Below are positions 43,649 through 53,553 of a stretch of DNA of 60,544 bases, in pieces. The stretch lies in assembly GCA_002293725.1 (NCBI GenBank), contig DBDU01000016.1, forward strand, positions 1 to 60,544, read 5' to 3'. A program made the translations under genes and the position numbers. How positions within the stretch are numbered: the first letter of the stretch is position 1; each line of letters opens with the position of its first letter. Source of the DNA: Patescibacteria group bacterium UBA924 (GTDB lineage Bacteria > Patescibacteriota > Microgenomatia > UBA1400 > PJMF01). The notes under the pieces were generated by a model. It was not told the origin of the DNA. It searched no databases and worked only from the letters and a program-made list of their open reading frames with translations.

Positions 43649-44047
43649 TTACACTTCGGTACTTTTAGAGAAGAGCAGAATCACTCGGTCAATGAGTAAG
43701 ATGGCCAGGTAGTACATGATGATGGCCAGCAAGGCCGCTGTATCAAAGAAAGACTCACCGGTGCGAACATTGGGAAAGATACCGCGAAACGGCGCTACGA
43801 GCACATTGGTAATGTTATAGATGAACAACACAATACCTGTTAGATTAGCTCCCAAAAGGAGGAAGATAAAACGGAGCGCTAATAAGACTGCAATCACGTG
43901 TCCTATAAACCAGAAAAACTGGCTGAACTTTGCTAACGCAAACTCACCAGGATCTTCTTCTTCAGTTGCGTTCACCTTTTCCTCGATCACATCGGTGTTG
44001 CCGAAACGTTTCGTTTTGACGGTTTTGCGAACGGTGGTTTCTGTCAT
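43649..44047 (-). CDS. YggT-like small membrane protein
   Basis: Two or three TM helices with a VLVAPFRGIFP loop typical of the YggT family. Confidence 0.45.
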   Translation of the reverse strand: MTETTVRKTVKTKRFGNTDVIEEKVNATEEEDPGEFALAKFSQFFWFIGHVIAVLLALRFIFLLLGANLTGIVLFIYNITNVLVAPFRGIFPNVRTGESFFDTAALLAIIMYYLAILLIDRVILLFSKSTEV

Positions 44048-44109
44048 ATAGATAATTGTAGATCGGACTGATAGATCAATACAAGCGAACTTTCACAACT
44101 CTTACAATC

Positions 44110-44760
44110 TTATTGTGAGTTTCTTGCTTGACGCTTCTGCAACTCGACTTGATCAAGTTTATCTAGCCTACCCGCTTCGTTCACTTTAGAAATTGACCAC
44201 TGGTCAAGTTGATCTTTGAGCTGGCGAAGGATCTCGTCCAAGTCAAAGAAACTATCTTGTAAAGGAGAAAGCTGCCAGAGATAGTCATTATCATCCCAGG
44301 TATGCAAATCGGTCGTATTGTGCTGCGCGATAACATCTAGGGTATCCAGAGCCTTAACAAAAAGAGCTTCAGTAGAAGTACGCTGCTCGTACTCCTCCCA
44401 GAGTTGCAGTAGATCCGTTGAGAGGTCATCAGGAAGTGGCTTCAAAAGGAGCTCCATTGCTTTGCGTTCGGCTTCAGCCTTCTGTTCCTTATGAACTACT
44501 CCATCCCAAACTGGCATGTCTTCGGTTACCGCTTCAGCAAGATCGTGAACTGCGATCATCTTTAAAACTTTAGTTTGATCTAAATCTAACTTCACTTTGG
44601 GCATCAAGATGAGTGCCAGCAAGCTCATCATCCACGTGTGTTCTGCCACACTCTCGCGACGCTGCCCGTCGCTCAGCCAACTATGTCGCATAACCAACTT
44701 GAGTTTTTCCGCTAAGCGGTAAAACTCGAAAACAGTTGCTGGAAAAGCGGACGTACTCAT
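44110..44760 (-). CDS. HD-domain phosphohydrolase (YfbR-like 5'-nucleotidase family)
   Basis: ESVAEHTW...AVHDLAEAVTEDMP HD motif. Its ATG overlaps the stop of the P-type ATPase gene. Confidence 0.7.
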   Translation of the reverse strand: MSTSAFPATVFEFYRLAEKLKLVMRHSWLSDGQRRESVAEHTWMMSLLALILMPKVKLDLDQTKVLKMIAVHDLAEAVTEDMPVWDGVVHKEQKAEAERKAMELLLKPLPDDLSTDLLQLWEEYEQRTSTEALFVKALDTLDVIAQHNTTDLHTWDDNDYLWQLSPLQDSFFDLDEILRQLKDQLDQWSISKVNEAGRLDKLDQVELQKRQARNSQ

Positions 44761-47519
44761 GACTTTTTCTCAATGACGCGGTACCTAGTGCCCGCTGGAA
44801 AGAAGAGCTTCGCTGCTTCACCCAAGAAGAACACGCTCAATGACAGAACGGTTAAAACAGCAATCTCCGCATAACTCAAGGTAACAAAGCCAAAGACTTG
44901 TCGGAAGAAAGGCAAGTAGAGCGCCATCATGCCTAGTCCTAGCGAAAGAACAAATACTTTATTAATGGTGGGATTAGAGAACAGCCCAATGGAGAGAACC
45001 GGCTTATGTAAAGCTCGCAAGTTAAACATGTTGAGCAGCTGGGTAACAGAAAGAATAATGAATACACCAGTGCGCGCTTTTTCGACACCTTGTGGCAAGT
45101 AGTAAGCAAAAACGCCCAAGACGAGAATAACCATGGAAATAACAATAGTGAGGAAGAGTGGCAGTAATGTTAGAGTCAAGATATTTTCTTTGGGGTCACG
45201 TGGAGCAACCTTCATCATGTCATCATGGCTTTGTTCCGTCGCTAAAGCAAAGTCTGTGACTCCACCAGTAACGATGTTTAGCCATAGAATCTGCAGTGGC
45301 AGTAATGGTAGCGGATATCCTAAGAGCAAAGTAAGTAAAACGGCTACACTTTCTGCGACATTGGTAATAATTAAGAATGCGCTGGTACGACGGACGTTTC
45401 CAAACTGGGTTCTGCCTTCCCTAATGGCATTAATAATCGAAGCAAAGTTATCATCTGCCAAAACAATCTCACTCGCCTCCCGAGCCACATCTGTACCTAC
45501 CACACCCATCGCAATTCCCACATCTGCTTGCTTCAGTGCTGGAGCATCATTCACGCCATCACCAGTCATGGCTACTACTTCTCCTTGGCTTTGGAAGAGC
45601 GCTGCAATTCTCAACTTACTACTTGGTGTTAAACGGGCAAAGACAGCCGTTGTCTTGAGCGCTTTCAATAACTCTTTGTCACTCATCTTCATCACTTCTG
45701 TTTCGGTTAACACCGGATGCTGCTCATCTGTATCCGTTAGTAAGTTGATGTCACGAGCAATTGCCCGAGCAGTGAGTGGATGATCACCAGTTGCCATCAC
45801 CACTCGAATTCCAGCTTGTTGAGCAGTGGCAATTGCTTGGCGCACTTCTGGCCGTGGTGGATCGATCATGCCAATCAATCCCACATAGACAAGGTCTTTG
45901 ATATCTGCAGCTTGAATCTCGTCGTACTCAGCCCCCACATTTTTGTAAGCCAATGCCAGCACTCTCATTCCATGGCTAGTCATTTCTTCAATTTGAGCAC
46001 GGAGGTCTTTCTGTTCTTCTTTCGTCCAAGCGTGTGTTTTGTTTTTGTTCAAATATAACTTTGAACGTTCGATAACTGATTCCGGAGCACCGACCACGAA
46101 TAACGACCGTTTCTTTTTCTCACCTGAAGATACTAATGATGCCCGTAGGCGAAGGTCTTGAACAAAAGGGAAGTCCTCAATCTTCTTTGGCAGCTGCCAG
46201 CCGTTTTCATCTAAACCCACTTGATGAGCCAGAAGATACAGCGCAATCTCGGTAGGATCACCAAGTAACTCCTTGCCCTTGCCCGTCTTGACGCTGTGAC
46301 AGGTACCAGCAATTTGCAAAGCCAGCTCTAACTGTTGATGTTGATCAAAGACTAGAGGTTTACCATCTTGAATTAAGCTAGAGTCTAGCGAGTCATGTTC
46401 TTTACCAGTAGCTTGAATAGTAATGGGACTTTGAGCGGGAAACTGTAGCTGACGAGCACGCATTTGGTTTAAGGTTAAGGTGCCAGTTTTGTCAGTAATA
46501 ATGACTGAAACCACACCGAGTGTTTCCGTCGAAGCTAGACGACGCACAATAGCTTTTCGTTTAGCCATTCGTTGGGCACCAATTGCTAGCACCACCATCA
46601 ACACAATCGGTAAACTTTCAGGGAGAGCTGAAACAAGCGTAGCGGTGGTAAATGTCACCATCTCGTACAGATCAAAGTGCCGCCAATAGTAGCCAACGAA
46701 GAAGGTAATTAATGCGGACCCAATGGCAACTGCTCCCATCGTCTTGGTCAACTGTCGGGTCTTCACTTCGTAGTGAGTGGGAGTCTGAGAGATTCCCTCT
46801 AGCTTTTCGGCAATCTGACCCAGCTGCGTCTGTTTAGCAGTGAAAGTGACTACTGCTTCTGCGGTGCCACTAGCTACTAAGGTTCCCATGTAAACCATGT
46901 TTCGTCTGTCTCCCACCAGCGCCTCAGCCGGAACAGGGTCTGTATGCTTCCCGGCTGGCTCAGACTCACCCGTCAATGCAGCCTCGGTTGCCCGCATGCT
47001 ATGAACGAGCACCACTCTACCGTCAGCGGGAATTTTGTCACCGCTTTCTAAAAGCATCACGTCACCAGGAACCAACTCTTTGGGGTTAATTAAAACAATC
47101 TCTCCATCGCGCCGAATCTTCGTTTTAGTCTCAACTAGCTTTTTCAAGCTACTAACAGCTTGTTCAGCTTGAAACTCTTGGTAAAAACCAATCATCGCGT
47201 TGACACAAATGAGCACGATAATGACTCCTGCATCAACGGGATGACCGAGCATCCAAGACAGAGCTGCTGCCGCAGCTAAGATGATTACCATCAAACTTTT
47301 GAACTGACGGAGGAAGATTTGCCAAGGTTTAACTAATCCCTCTTCAGGTAGGATATTTTCGCCGTACTTTTCGCGTCTTTTTTTGACCTCGTGCTCAGTT
47401 AATCCTGCCTGGACATTCACACTCAGCTCAGCAACAACTTGTTTAACTGTGAGTGAGTGGGGTGAGAAGTTCTCTATCGGCACATCTTCCAGTATACGCA
47501 AGATTTTGGTAGAATACAT
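44757..47519 (-). CDS. Cation-transporting P-type ATPase, type II (Ca2+/Mg2+ class)
   Basis: DKTGTLT, TGES, PESLPIV (TM4), MTGDGVNDAPALKQADVGIAMG. There is no CPC/HMA, so it is not a copper pump. Confidence 0.85.
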   Translation of the reverse strand: MYSTKILRILEDVPIENFSPHSLTVKQVVAELSVNVQAGLTEHEVKKRREKYGENILPEEGLVKPWQIFLRQFKSLMVIILAAAAALSWMLGHPVDAGVIIVLICVNAMIGFYQEFQAEQAVSSLKKLVETKTKIRRDGEIVLINPKELVPGDVMLLESGDKIPADGRVVLVHSMRATEAALTGESEPAGKHTDPVPAEALVGDRRNMVYMGTLVASGTAEAVVTFTAKQTQLGQIAEKLEGISQTPTHYEVKTRQLTKTMGAVAIGSALITFFVGYYWRHFDLYEMVTFTTATLVSALPESLPIVLMVVLAIGAQRMAKRKAIVRRLASTETLGVVSVIITDKTGTLTLNQMRARQLQFPAQSPITIQATGKEHDSLDSSLIQDGKPLVFDQHQQLELALQIAGTCHSVKTGKGKELLGDPTEIALYLLAHQVGLDENGWQLPKKIEDFPFVQDLRLRASLVSSGEKKKRSLFVVGAPESVIERSKLYLNKNKTHAWTKEEQKDLRAQIEEMTSHGMRVLALAYKNVGAEYDEIQAADIKDLVYVGLIGMIDPPRPEVRQAIATAQQAGIRVVMATGDHPLTARAIARDINLLTDTDEQHPVLTETEVMKMSDKELLKALKTTAVFARLTPSSKLRIAALFQSQGEVVAMTGDGVNDAPALKQADVGIAMGVVGTDVAREASEIVLADDNFASIINAIREGRTQFGNVRRTSAFLIITNVAESVAVLLTLLLGYPLPLLPLQILWLNIVTGGVTDFALATEQSHDDMMKVAPRDPKENILTLTLLPLFLTIVISMVILVLGVFAYYLPQGVEKARTGVFIILSVTQLLNMFNLRALHKPVLSIGLFSNPTINKVFVLSLGLGMMALYLPFFRQVFGFVTLSYAEIAVLTVLSLSVFFLGEAAKLFFPAGTRYRVIEKKS

Positions 47520-47595
47520 CTTGACGCTTCTTATTCTACTGTTTGTCTTTTCTCTTCACCTCGTCTGCGTCCTCTCATTACTTACGTTCTAAAAC

Positions 47596-48513
47596 ATGAT
47601 TCGTTACCTTTACCGTACTATTCGTCATGGTAAACCTCGCCTTTTGGATAAGCCGCGAGTTGGTTGTTGGGTTGATGTCTTGGCCCCAAATCCTAAAGAA
47701 CTCGAAGAGCTAACCACCAAACTCAAGCTTGATCCTGGCATGTTGACGGACGCTTTAGACCCCTATGAAGTTCCGCGTATCGAAAAAGAGGGAAGTGCGC
47801 TTTATATTTTCGTTCGCGTCCCTTGTGTAATTAAAGGCTGGGAGACGACCACACCTATCTTGTTTGTTTTAAGTGAGACTTTTTTCGTCACCATCGCTCA
47901 AATTGAAACTGGCATTAGCCAACAGTTAGAGACAGATCCTTCCTTCTGTACCTCTCAAAAAAATAAGTGCTTTATCTTATTTATGAGTTATGTGTTGCAT
48001 CGCTACCAACATGCGATTACCCAAATTGGCAAGAAAGCCAATGCCATGTTGGCTCAGATTGAAACTGTGGGAAATAAAGAAGTTATCCAGTTGGTACAGA
48101 ATGAACAAGTTATCAATGAGTTTTTAAGTGCCATTATTCCTATTCACGAGTCGCTGCAACGTTTTATGAACGGTAAGCTAATTAACCTTTTTAAGGATGA
48201 TATTGAGCTGCTCGAAGACGTCTACCTCACCTCAGGACAGCTAATCGCGTTAGCTAAAAATCAGTTAATGTTGCTTCGCAATAGTAGGGATGCTTACTCC
48301 ACAATCATGACCAATAACTTAAATAGCGTGGTGAAACTCTTCACTGCCTTAACAGTAGTTTTGACGCTGCCAACAATTGTTTTCAGCTTCTATGGCATGA
48401 ACGTCCACCTGCCGCTAGCGGAGCACCCACTTGCATTTATTGCCATTCTGTTAGGCACAGTCCTGGCATTAATAGGAATGTTGTTGTATCTCTTTAAAAG
48501 AGACTGGATTTAA
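47596..48513 (+). CDS. corA: CorA-family magnesium/cobalt transporter
   Basis: YGMNV (GMN) motif between two C-terminal TM helices. Confidence 0.8.
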   Translation: MIRYLYRTIRHGKPRLLDKPRVGCWVDVLAPNPKELEELTTKLKLDPGMLTDALDPYEVPRIEKEGSALYIFVRVPCVIKGWETTTPILFVLSETFFVTIAQIETGISQQLETDPSFCTSQKNKCFILFMSYVLHRYQHAITQIGKKANAMLAQIETVGNKEVIQLVQNEQVINEFLSAIIPIHESLQRFMNGKLINLFKDDIELLEDVYLTSGQLIALAKNQLMLLRNSRDAYSTIMTNNLNSVVKLFTALTVVLTLPTIVFSFYGMNVHLPLAEHPLAFIAILLGTVLALIGMLLYLFKRDWI

Positions 48514-48520
48514 GACAATA

Positions 48521-48973
48521 TCACGACAGCTTCTTTGCTTCGCCTTCCCACCCCATCTGTGAGTACGGCTGCCCTTGCTGAAATAAAGTGATCGCCTGAC
48601 GAATATAAGGAATTGTGTTGGTTGGCAGTTTTTGAGGATCAGACCACTGTAAACAGTCGCACTTCTCTTTTTCGTTAATCTCAGGTTGACCTTCCCATAT
48701 CTTGCAAGAAAAGAAAAAATCAATTGACTCGCGATCTGTAGTGCGGTGCATGACATGGGCTAGCTGCAGATCGTGAGGTTGAATGAGGATGTTGATCTCT
48801 TCTTTTGCTTCTCTCACCATTGCCGCTAAACAAGACTCATTTGCTTCAACATGTCCTGCAGGCAAAGAGAACTTGCCATCTTCATAACCGGTATTAAAAC
48901 GACGAGCTAACAACACTTTTTGTTTTTGAAGTAAGAACAGGTGGACAGCCACTACCATGGTGAAACGAGACAT
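48521..48973 (-). CDS. NUDIX hydrolase
   Basis: Nudix box GHVEANESCLAAMVREAKEEINI. The start (48973 or 48958) lies 5-20 nt from the tRNA-Ser 3' end. Confidence 0.8.
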   Translation of the reverse strand: MSRFTMVVAVHLFLLQKQKVLLARRFNTGYEDGKFSLPAGHVEANESCLAAMVREAKEEINILIQPHDLQLAHVMHRTTDRESIDFFFSCKIWEGQPEINEKEKCDCLQWSDPQKLPTNTIPYIRQAITLFQQGQPYSQMGWEGEAKKLS

Positions 48974-48978
48974 ATGGG

Positions 48979-49061
48979 CGGAAGGGGAGGGATTCGAACC
49001 CTCGATCCTTTCGGATGCCGGTTTTCAAGACCGGTGCACTAAACCACTATGCGACCCTTCC
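48979..49061 (-). tRNA. tRNA-Ser (TGA)
   Basis: Acceptor GGAAGGG/CCCTTCC, anticodon loop CTTGAAA, long variable arm, T-arm GAGGG-TTCGAAT-CCCTC. The 3' tail is CCC, not CCA. Confidence 0.9.
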
Positions 49062-49106
49062 AAGAACGTCAGTTATTTTACCATTGATCATGGTACACTT
49101 AATCTC

Positions 49107-49817
49107 ATGACTGATTCTTCGTCAAACTCGGGGCAAAACGGCCAACTTTACCCTGAGCAACAGCTGCCGCCAACTGACGTCATTTCTCCCCCAGTAGAAG
49201 GTGATATTGATATTCAAGATGTCCCTGACACTGTCCAAGCAAGTGTGGACAGCGCCTCACAGGATCAAGTCGTTTCTCCACCCGTTCCTTCACCTTCCTT
49301 TTCAGATTACCCTGCCAATCCGGACCAACCTCTTCCAGAAACAGTTCTGCTTGAGTGGCAAGCTCCCAATCGACCTTTTAAGAAGCGAAATAGACAGTAC
49401 TACACTACTATTGGGGTGATTGTATTTCTAATCTGTATGATCTTATTTTTTGCTGGTCAGTTCTTACCAATTGCGGTGGTCATTGCCGTTGCTTTCCTCG
49501 CCTATGTTCTTTCAGCAGTCCCACCTGAGATGGTAACCAATCGCATTACTACCTATGGCGTACGAGCGGACGACAATTTATACCATTGGGACGAGTTTGG
49601 CAGATTTTGGTTTACTGAGAAGTACCACCAGAAACTGCTTCACTTTGAAGTGACCCGTTTCCCGGGTGAGCTAACCCTAGTAGTCACTGATCAGGATGAA
49701 GCTGAGTTAAAAGATATTTTGGGGACTGTGTTAATCAATGAAAAACCACCACTCGGCTCATTTGACAAAGCAGCCCAGTGGCTCCAAGAAAAGGTTCCAC
49801 TCGATACAGAAGCATGA
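49107..49817 (+). CDS. Hypothetical membrane protein (Pro-rich N-terminus, two TM helices)
   Basis: The ATG at 49107 is chosen because the track ORF start at 48957 overlaps the tRNA. TM pair YYTTIGVIVFLICMILFFAGQFLPIAVVIAVAFLAYVL. Confidence 0.55.
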   Translation: MTDSSSNSGQNGQLYPEQQLPPTDVISPPVEGDIDIQDVPDTVQASVDSASQDQVVSPPVPSPSFSDYPANPDQPLPETVLLEWQAPNRPFKKRNRQYYTTIGVIVFLICMILFFAGQFLPIAVVIAVAFLAYVLSAVPPEMVTNRITTYGVRADDNLYHWDEFGRFWFTEKYHQKLLHFEVTRFPGELTLVVTDQDEAELKDILGTVLINEKPPLGSFDKAAQWLQEKVPLDTEA

Positions 49818-49844
49818 TACAATTCATGCCTGGGAAAATGATAC

Positions 49845-49916
49845 GCACCCATAGTTTAATGGATAGAATCAAGGTTTGCGGAACCTTTGATCCAGGTTCG
49901 ATTCCTGGTGGGTGCA
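49845..49916 (+). tRNA. tRNA-Arg (GCG)
   Basis: Acceptor GCACCCA/TGGGTGC, anticodon stem AAGGT/ACCTT, loop TTGCGGA (U33, G37), 4-nt variable loop, T-arm CCAGG-TTCGATT-CCTGG. Confidence 0.8.
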
Positions 49917-49943
49917 CAAATAAGTTTTCAGTATGATTGAGTC

Positions 49944-51053
49944 ATGCCAGAAAATAGAAGCAGCTCAGTCATTCCTCTAGATCAAATCAAAAGTGTAGAC
50001 GCTTCCACAATCAAAGACTATCAGCGCAGCTATAACCATCATGGTTTTTTAAATGAGCTGTATGACCGGCTGGTCGATAAAAATACTTTCAGTCTCAGCG
50101 AAATAAGTTTCGGTTTTTCTCTTGAGTTGTTTCAAGGTGGTGGCGCTGCGAGCGAAAGTGGGATCACCATCAATGTGAACTTGTTTGAAGTTGCTGGAAT
50201 CCTTAAAGATTACTTTTCTCGTCATCCTGACGTTTTTGCAAGATACTTTCCTGATAGAGCTCATACCCCAGTTGATAATGTAATCAACGAGATCTATGGC
50301 TCAACCTTGCTGCAAATTGTACGAAAAGGGGATGTCCTGAGCACACTTGAAGGAATATATCCACTTTTAGATGAAGATCCCACTACTCATCAAAAACTGG
50401 AGGAACTCCTTCAAAAAATGTCAAAAACCATCGTTCATGAGAAAGCACACGTGACATTAAACAAGCTCAGTGAGTATTACGGGTTATCTCTTCAAAAATA
50501 TAGCGCCGATTTCATCTTAATCCTTAGGGGTGACCAGGAGTCGCACAAAAAATATGAAGAGATGATGAATCAAATAAGAGATGAAACAGATACGGATGTC
50601 TTGAAGAACATCGCTGAAGACTACCTTCGTTTCATTATCTCTCGTCTCAGAGCCAAGCAGGATGAAGGCGAACGGGAGACTGACGCGTTGAAAGAGTATC
50701 TGAAGAAACTCTACGCTGCTGGAATTGAAGAGGTAGTCATTCGCTTAATTGAGGCACAAATTAATCATCTCTCATCAGAACAAACCATTCAAAAGCTGAA
50801 AGATGAGCTGTTTCAAACAAGTGGATACTACGGGGCCGGGGCCGGAGCAATCCTTCCGGATGCTGATGAAGTTTACGCAGTTGTCCAGTCTATGTCTCTG
50901 GAACAGGCGTACCATCGCATCTTGGAAAAGTACAACGATAAGTCGTTTGATGAATACCTGGAAAAGTCGGGAGTCCTAAAGCAAACAAGAATGCAGATGC
51001 TGCTTGCTCGCGCCAGAAGCATGTGGGCAGGTTTGAGATCGAAAACTGTCTAA
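49944..51053 (+). CDS. Hypothetical protein with a single HExxH motif
   Basis: 369-aa helical ORF with VHEKAH at 50436-50450. Confidence 0.45.
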   Translation: MPENRSSSVIPLDQIKSVDASTIKDYQRSYNHHGFLNELYDRLVDKNTFSLSEISFGFSLELFQGGGAASESGITINVNLFEVAGILKDYFSRHPDVFARYFPDRAHTPVDNVINEIYGSTLLQIVRKGDVLSTLEGIYPLLDEDPTTHQKLEELLQKMSKTIVHEKAHVTLNKLSEYYGLSLQKYSADFILILRGDQESHKKYEEMMNQIRDETDTDVLKNIAEDYLRFIISRLRAKQDEGERETDALKEYLKKLYAAGIEEVVIRLIEAQINHLSSEQTIQKLKDELFQTSGYYGAGAGAILPDADEVYAVVQSMSLEQAYHRILEKYNDKSFDEYLEKSGVLKQTRMQMLLARARSMWAGLRSKTV

Positions 51054-51072
51054 GTTGTGATATTCTCCTTGC

Positions 51073-52002
51073 ATGAGAACCGTTCTTACTGGCTCAATCG
51101 CCATTGACCGTATCATGGTTTTTCCTGGCAGGTTTAGTCAGGTTATTCAAGCAGATAAACTGCACGTCCTTTCCCTCAGTGTTTTAATTGACCAGCTCAA
51201 AGATACTCGTGGCGGTGTCGCTGCGAACATTGCCTACACACTCGCTCTTCTTGAGGAAAGACCAGTGCTCTACGGTAGTATTGGCAAAGAAGCAGCTTCA
51301 TATATTGATGACTTAGCAAAGATGGGCATCAATACTGAGTTCGTTCATTTTTCTGATCTTCCTACCGCAACCTTTACTGTTATGACAGATCAAGCCGACT
51401 GTCAAATTGGTGGCTTTTATCCTGGTGCAATGAGCGATGCATCATTGTTGACTTTTAATGAGTTCAATGAGGAAGACTTTTTTGTCATCTCTCCACATGA
51501 CCCTGATCAAATGGCTAAACAAGTCCAAGTCTGCAAAAACAAAAAATTCAGAATGTTCTACGACGTGGGCCAACAAGTTTCCAATGTTTCTGCAGAAGAC
51601 CTCAGAGCTGGCATGGACGCTGCTGAGCTGCTCATCGTCAACGACTACGAAATGGGAGTGCTAATAAAAAAAACTGGATGGAAACACGAAGAGATCATCT
51701 CCAAGCTTAAAACTTGTGTGGTCACACTGGGAGAAAAAGGTTGCAAGATCTACCATCAGGGACATCCTCCGATTTCTGTCCCAGCAGTTCCGATAGATAA
51801 AGTTGTCGATCCAACAGGTGCAGGTGACGCGTTCCGCGCTGGATTCCTGTGTGGCTATGTGAGAGATTTCCCAGTTGAAGAGTGTGCAGAATATGGCTCT
51901 ATAGCAGCTGCCTACTGCATTGGGCAGCTGGGCACACAAACCCACACATTCACTACTGAAGAGTTTTTTGCCAGACATAAAACTAACTATGCAAAGGAAT
52001 AA
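51073..52002 (+). CDS. PfkB-family kinase (probable adenosine kinase)
   Basis: GGVAANIA and [13 protein letters not shown] motifs. Its stop is 1 nt before the ahcY start. Confidence 0.75.
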   Translation: MRTVLTGSIAIDRIMVFPGRFSQVIQADKLHVLSLSVLIDQLKDTRGGVAANIAYTLALLEERPVLYGSIGKEAASYIDDLAKMGINTEFVHFSDLPTATFTVMTDQADCQIGGFYPGAMSDASLLTFNEFNEEDFFVISPHDPDQMAKQVQVCKNKKFRMFYDVGQQVSNVSAEDLRAGMDAAELLIVNDYEMGVLIKKTGWKHEEIISKLKTCVVTLGEKGCKIYHQGHPPISVPAVPIDKVVDPTGAGDAFRAGFLCGYVRDFPVEECAEYGSIAAAYCIGQLGTQTHTFTTEEFFARHKTNYAKE

Positions 52003-52003
52003 T

Positions 52004-53302
52004 ATGACAGCGAAATCCACCGACTACAAAGTGAAGGATATCTCGCTTGCTGAGTGGGGCCGCAAGGAAATTACATTAGCCGAAAAAGAAATGCCTGGAT
52101 TGATGAGTCTGCGCAAAGAGTTTGGCAAGTCTAAACCTTTAAAAGGTGCTCGAATTGCTGGCTCTCTCCACATGACCATTCAAACCGCAGTTTTGATCGA
52201 AACTCTCCAGGCTCTTGGCGCAGAAGTTCGTTGGGCATCCTGCAACATCTTTTCTACTCAGGATCATGCAGCAGCAGCCATCGCAGCTACGGGAACTCCT
52301 GTTTTTGCCTGGAAAGGTGAAACCGAAGACGAGTACTGGTGGTGTACGGAGCAAACCTTGTTCTTTGGCAATAAAGGTCCAAACATGATTCTTGATGACG
52401 GAGGTGACCTGACTGCATGGGTACATGACAAACACCCAGAAATGCTTAAAGACATCAAAGGTGTCTCTGAAGAGACAACTACGGGAGTTCATCACCTCTA
52501 TCAATTAATGGCAGCAGGTAAATTGAAGATTCCTGCGATTAACGTAAACGACTCGGTAACGAAGTCCAAGTTCGACAACCTGTATGGTTGCCGGGAATCT
52601 TTGGTGGACGGCATTCGTCGTGCTACTGACGTAATGATGGCTGGTAAGGTGGCCTTAGTCGCTGGTTTTGGCGACGTCGGGAAAGGTAGTGCGCAGTCAC
52701 TTCGCCATAATGGAGCTCGCGTAATCGTCACGGAAGTTGATCCAATCTGTGCACTTCAAGCTGCGATGGAAGGCTACGAAGTCAAACGTGTCGAAGACGT
52801 TTTAGATGAAGTTGATATCTTTGTTACCGCCACAGGATGTAAAGATGTCATCACCATCGAACACATGGCTAAGATGAAGGACGCTGCTATCGTCTGTAAC
52901 ATCGGACACTTTGACATTGAGATCCAAGTCAAAGAACTCAATGCATATCCAAAGATCAAGAAAGAGTCAATCAAACCACAAGTTGATCTGTACACATTCC
53001 CAGATGGTCATCGAATCATCTTGCTGGCTGAGGGCCGACTAGTTAACTTAGGCTGTGCAATGGGACATCCTTCCTTCGTGATGTCGAACTCATTCACGAA
53101 CCAGGTACTGGCTCAGATTGAACTCTTCACCAAGAAGTATAAAGTTGGAGTGCATCGCTTAGCCAAACACCTTGATGAAAAAGTTGCGGCACTTCACTTA
53201 GAGCACATTGGCGTTCACTTAACGAAGCTGTCGAAGGCACAAGCAAAATACTTGGGAGTTGAACACGCCGGTCCCTACAAAGCTGACCATTATCGGTACT
53301 AA
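52004..53302 (+). CDS. ahcY: Adenosylhomocysteinase
   Basis: [18 protein letters not shown]-terminus, [17 protein letters not shown] fold, and HLDEKVA C-terminus. The ATG at 52004 has an AAAGGA RBS. Confidence 0.9.
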   Translation: MTAKSTDYKVKDISLAEWGRKEITLAEKEMPGLMSLRKEFGKSKPLKGARIAGSLHMTIQTAVLIETLQALGAEVRWASCNIFSTQDHAAAAIAATGTPVFAWKGETEDEYWWCTEQTLFFGNKGPNMILDDGGDLTAWVHDKHPEMLKDIKGVSEETTTGVHHLYQLMAAGKLKIPAINVNDSVTKSKFDNLYGCRESLVDGIRRATDVMMAGKVALVAGFGDVGKGSAQSLRHNGARVIVTEVDPICALQAAMEGYEVKRVEDVLDEVDIFVTATGCKDVITIEHMAKMKDAAIVCNIGHFDIEIQVKELNAYPKIKKESIKPQVDLYTFPDGHRIILLAEGRLVNLGCAMGHPSFVMSNSFTNQVLAQIELFTKKYKVGVHRLAKHLDEKVAALHLEHIGVHLTKLSKAQAKYLGVEHAGPYKADHYRY

Positions 53303-53394
53303 TTATGGCCTTATCTATAACAATCTTGTAGTAAAAAAGAGGTAGCAATCGATCCTTTACCCCAAGAGTAAAGCCAGATATGATACCAACCATT

Positions 53395-53482
53395 GGAAGC
53401 GTGCCGGAGTGGCTAAACGGCCAGGTCTCGAAAACCTTGGGCTCGCAAGGGCACGAGGGTTCGAATCCCTCCGCTTCCGCCA
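53395..53482 (+). tRNA. tRNA-Ser (CGA), CCA encoded
   Basis: Acceptor GGAAGCG/CGCTTCC, anticodon loop CTCGAAA, variable arm with GCAA tetraloop, T-arm GAGGG-TTCGAAT-CCCTC. Confidence 0.9.
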
Positions 53483-53553
53483 AAGTTGGCTTGTGCCCCC
53501 CGTCGCGTGCATAGCACCCTCTGAGAGTACTCCACTGTTCAGGATAAAATTGC

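Noticed and set aside
45133-45783. A 216-aa plus-strand ORF inside the P-type ATPase gene. Similar antisense ORFs occur at 6678-6953, 20735-21073, 25519-25770, 35447-35707 and 52139-52504.
   Set aside because: These are shadow ORFs on the opposite strand of well-supported genes with clear family motifs. Their products are low-complexity or lack any recognisable motif, and there is no RBS context.
44757-47519. The P-type ATPase as the copper exporter controlled by the CsoR-like repressor.
   Set aside because: It has no CPC/CPH TM motif and no N-terminal heavy-metal-binding domain. It has a PESLP TM4 motif and a 920-aa type-II architecture, it lies 32 kb away, and no operator-like palindrome was seen upstream.
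47520-47595. The divergent P-type ATPase / CorA intergenic region as a possible Mg2+ riboswitch (M-box).
   Set aside because: Only 76 nt are available. That is far shorter than an M-box, and no conserved helices or a terminator are recognisable.
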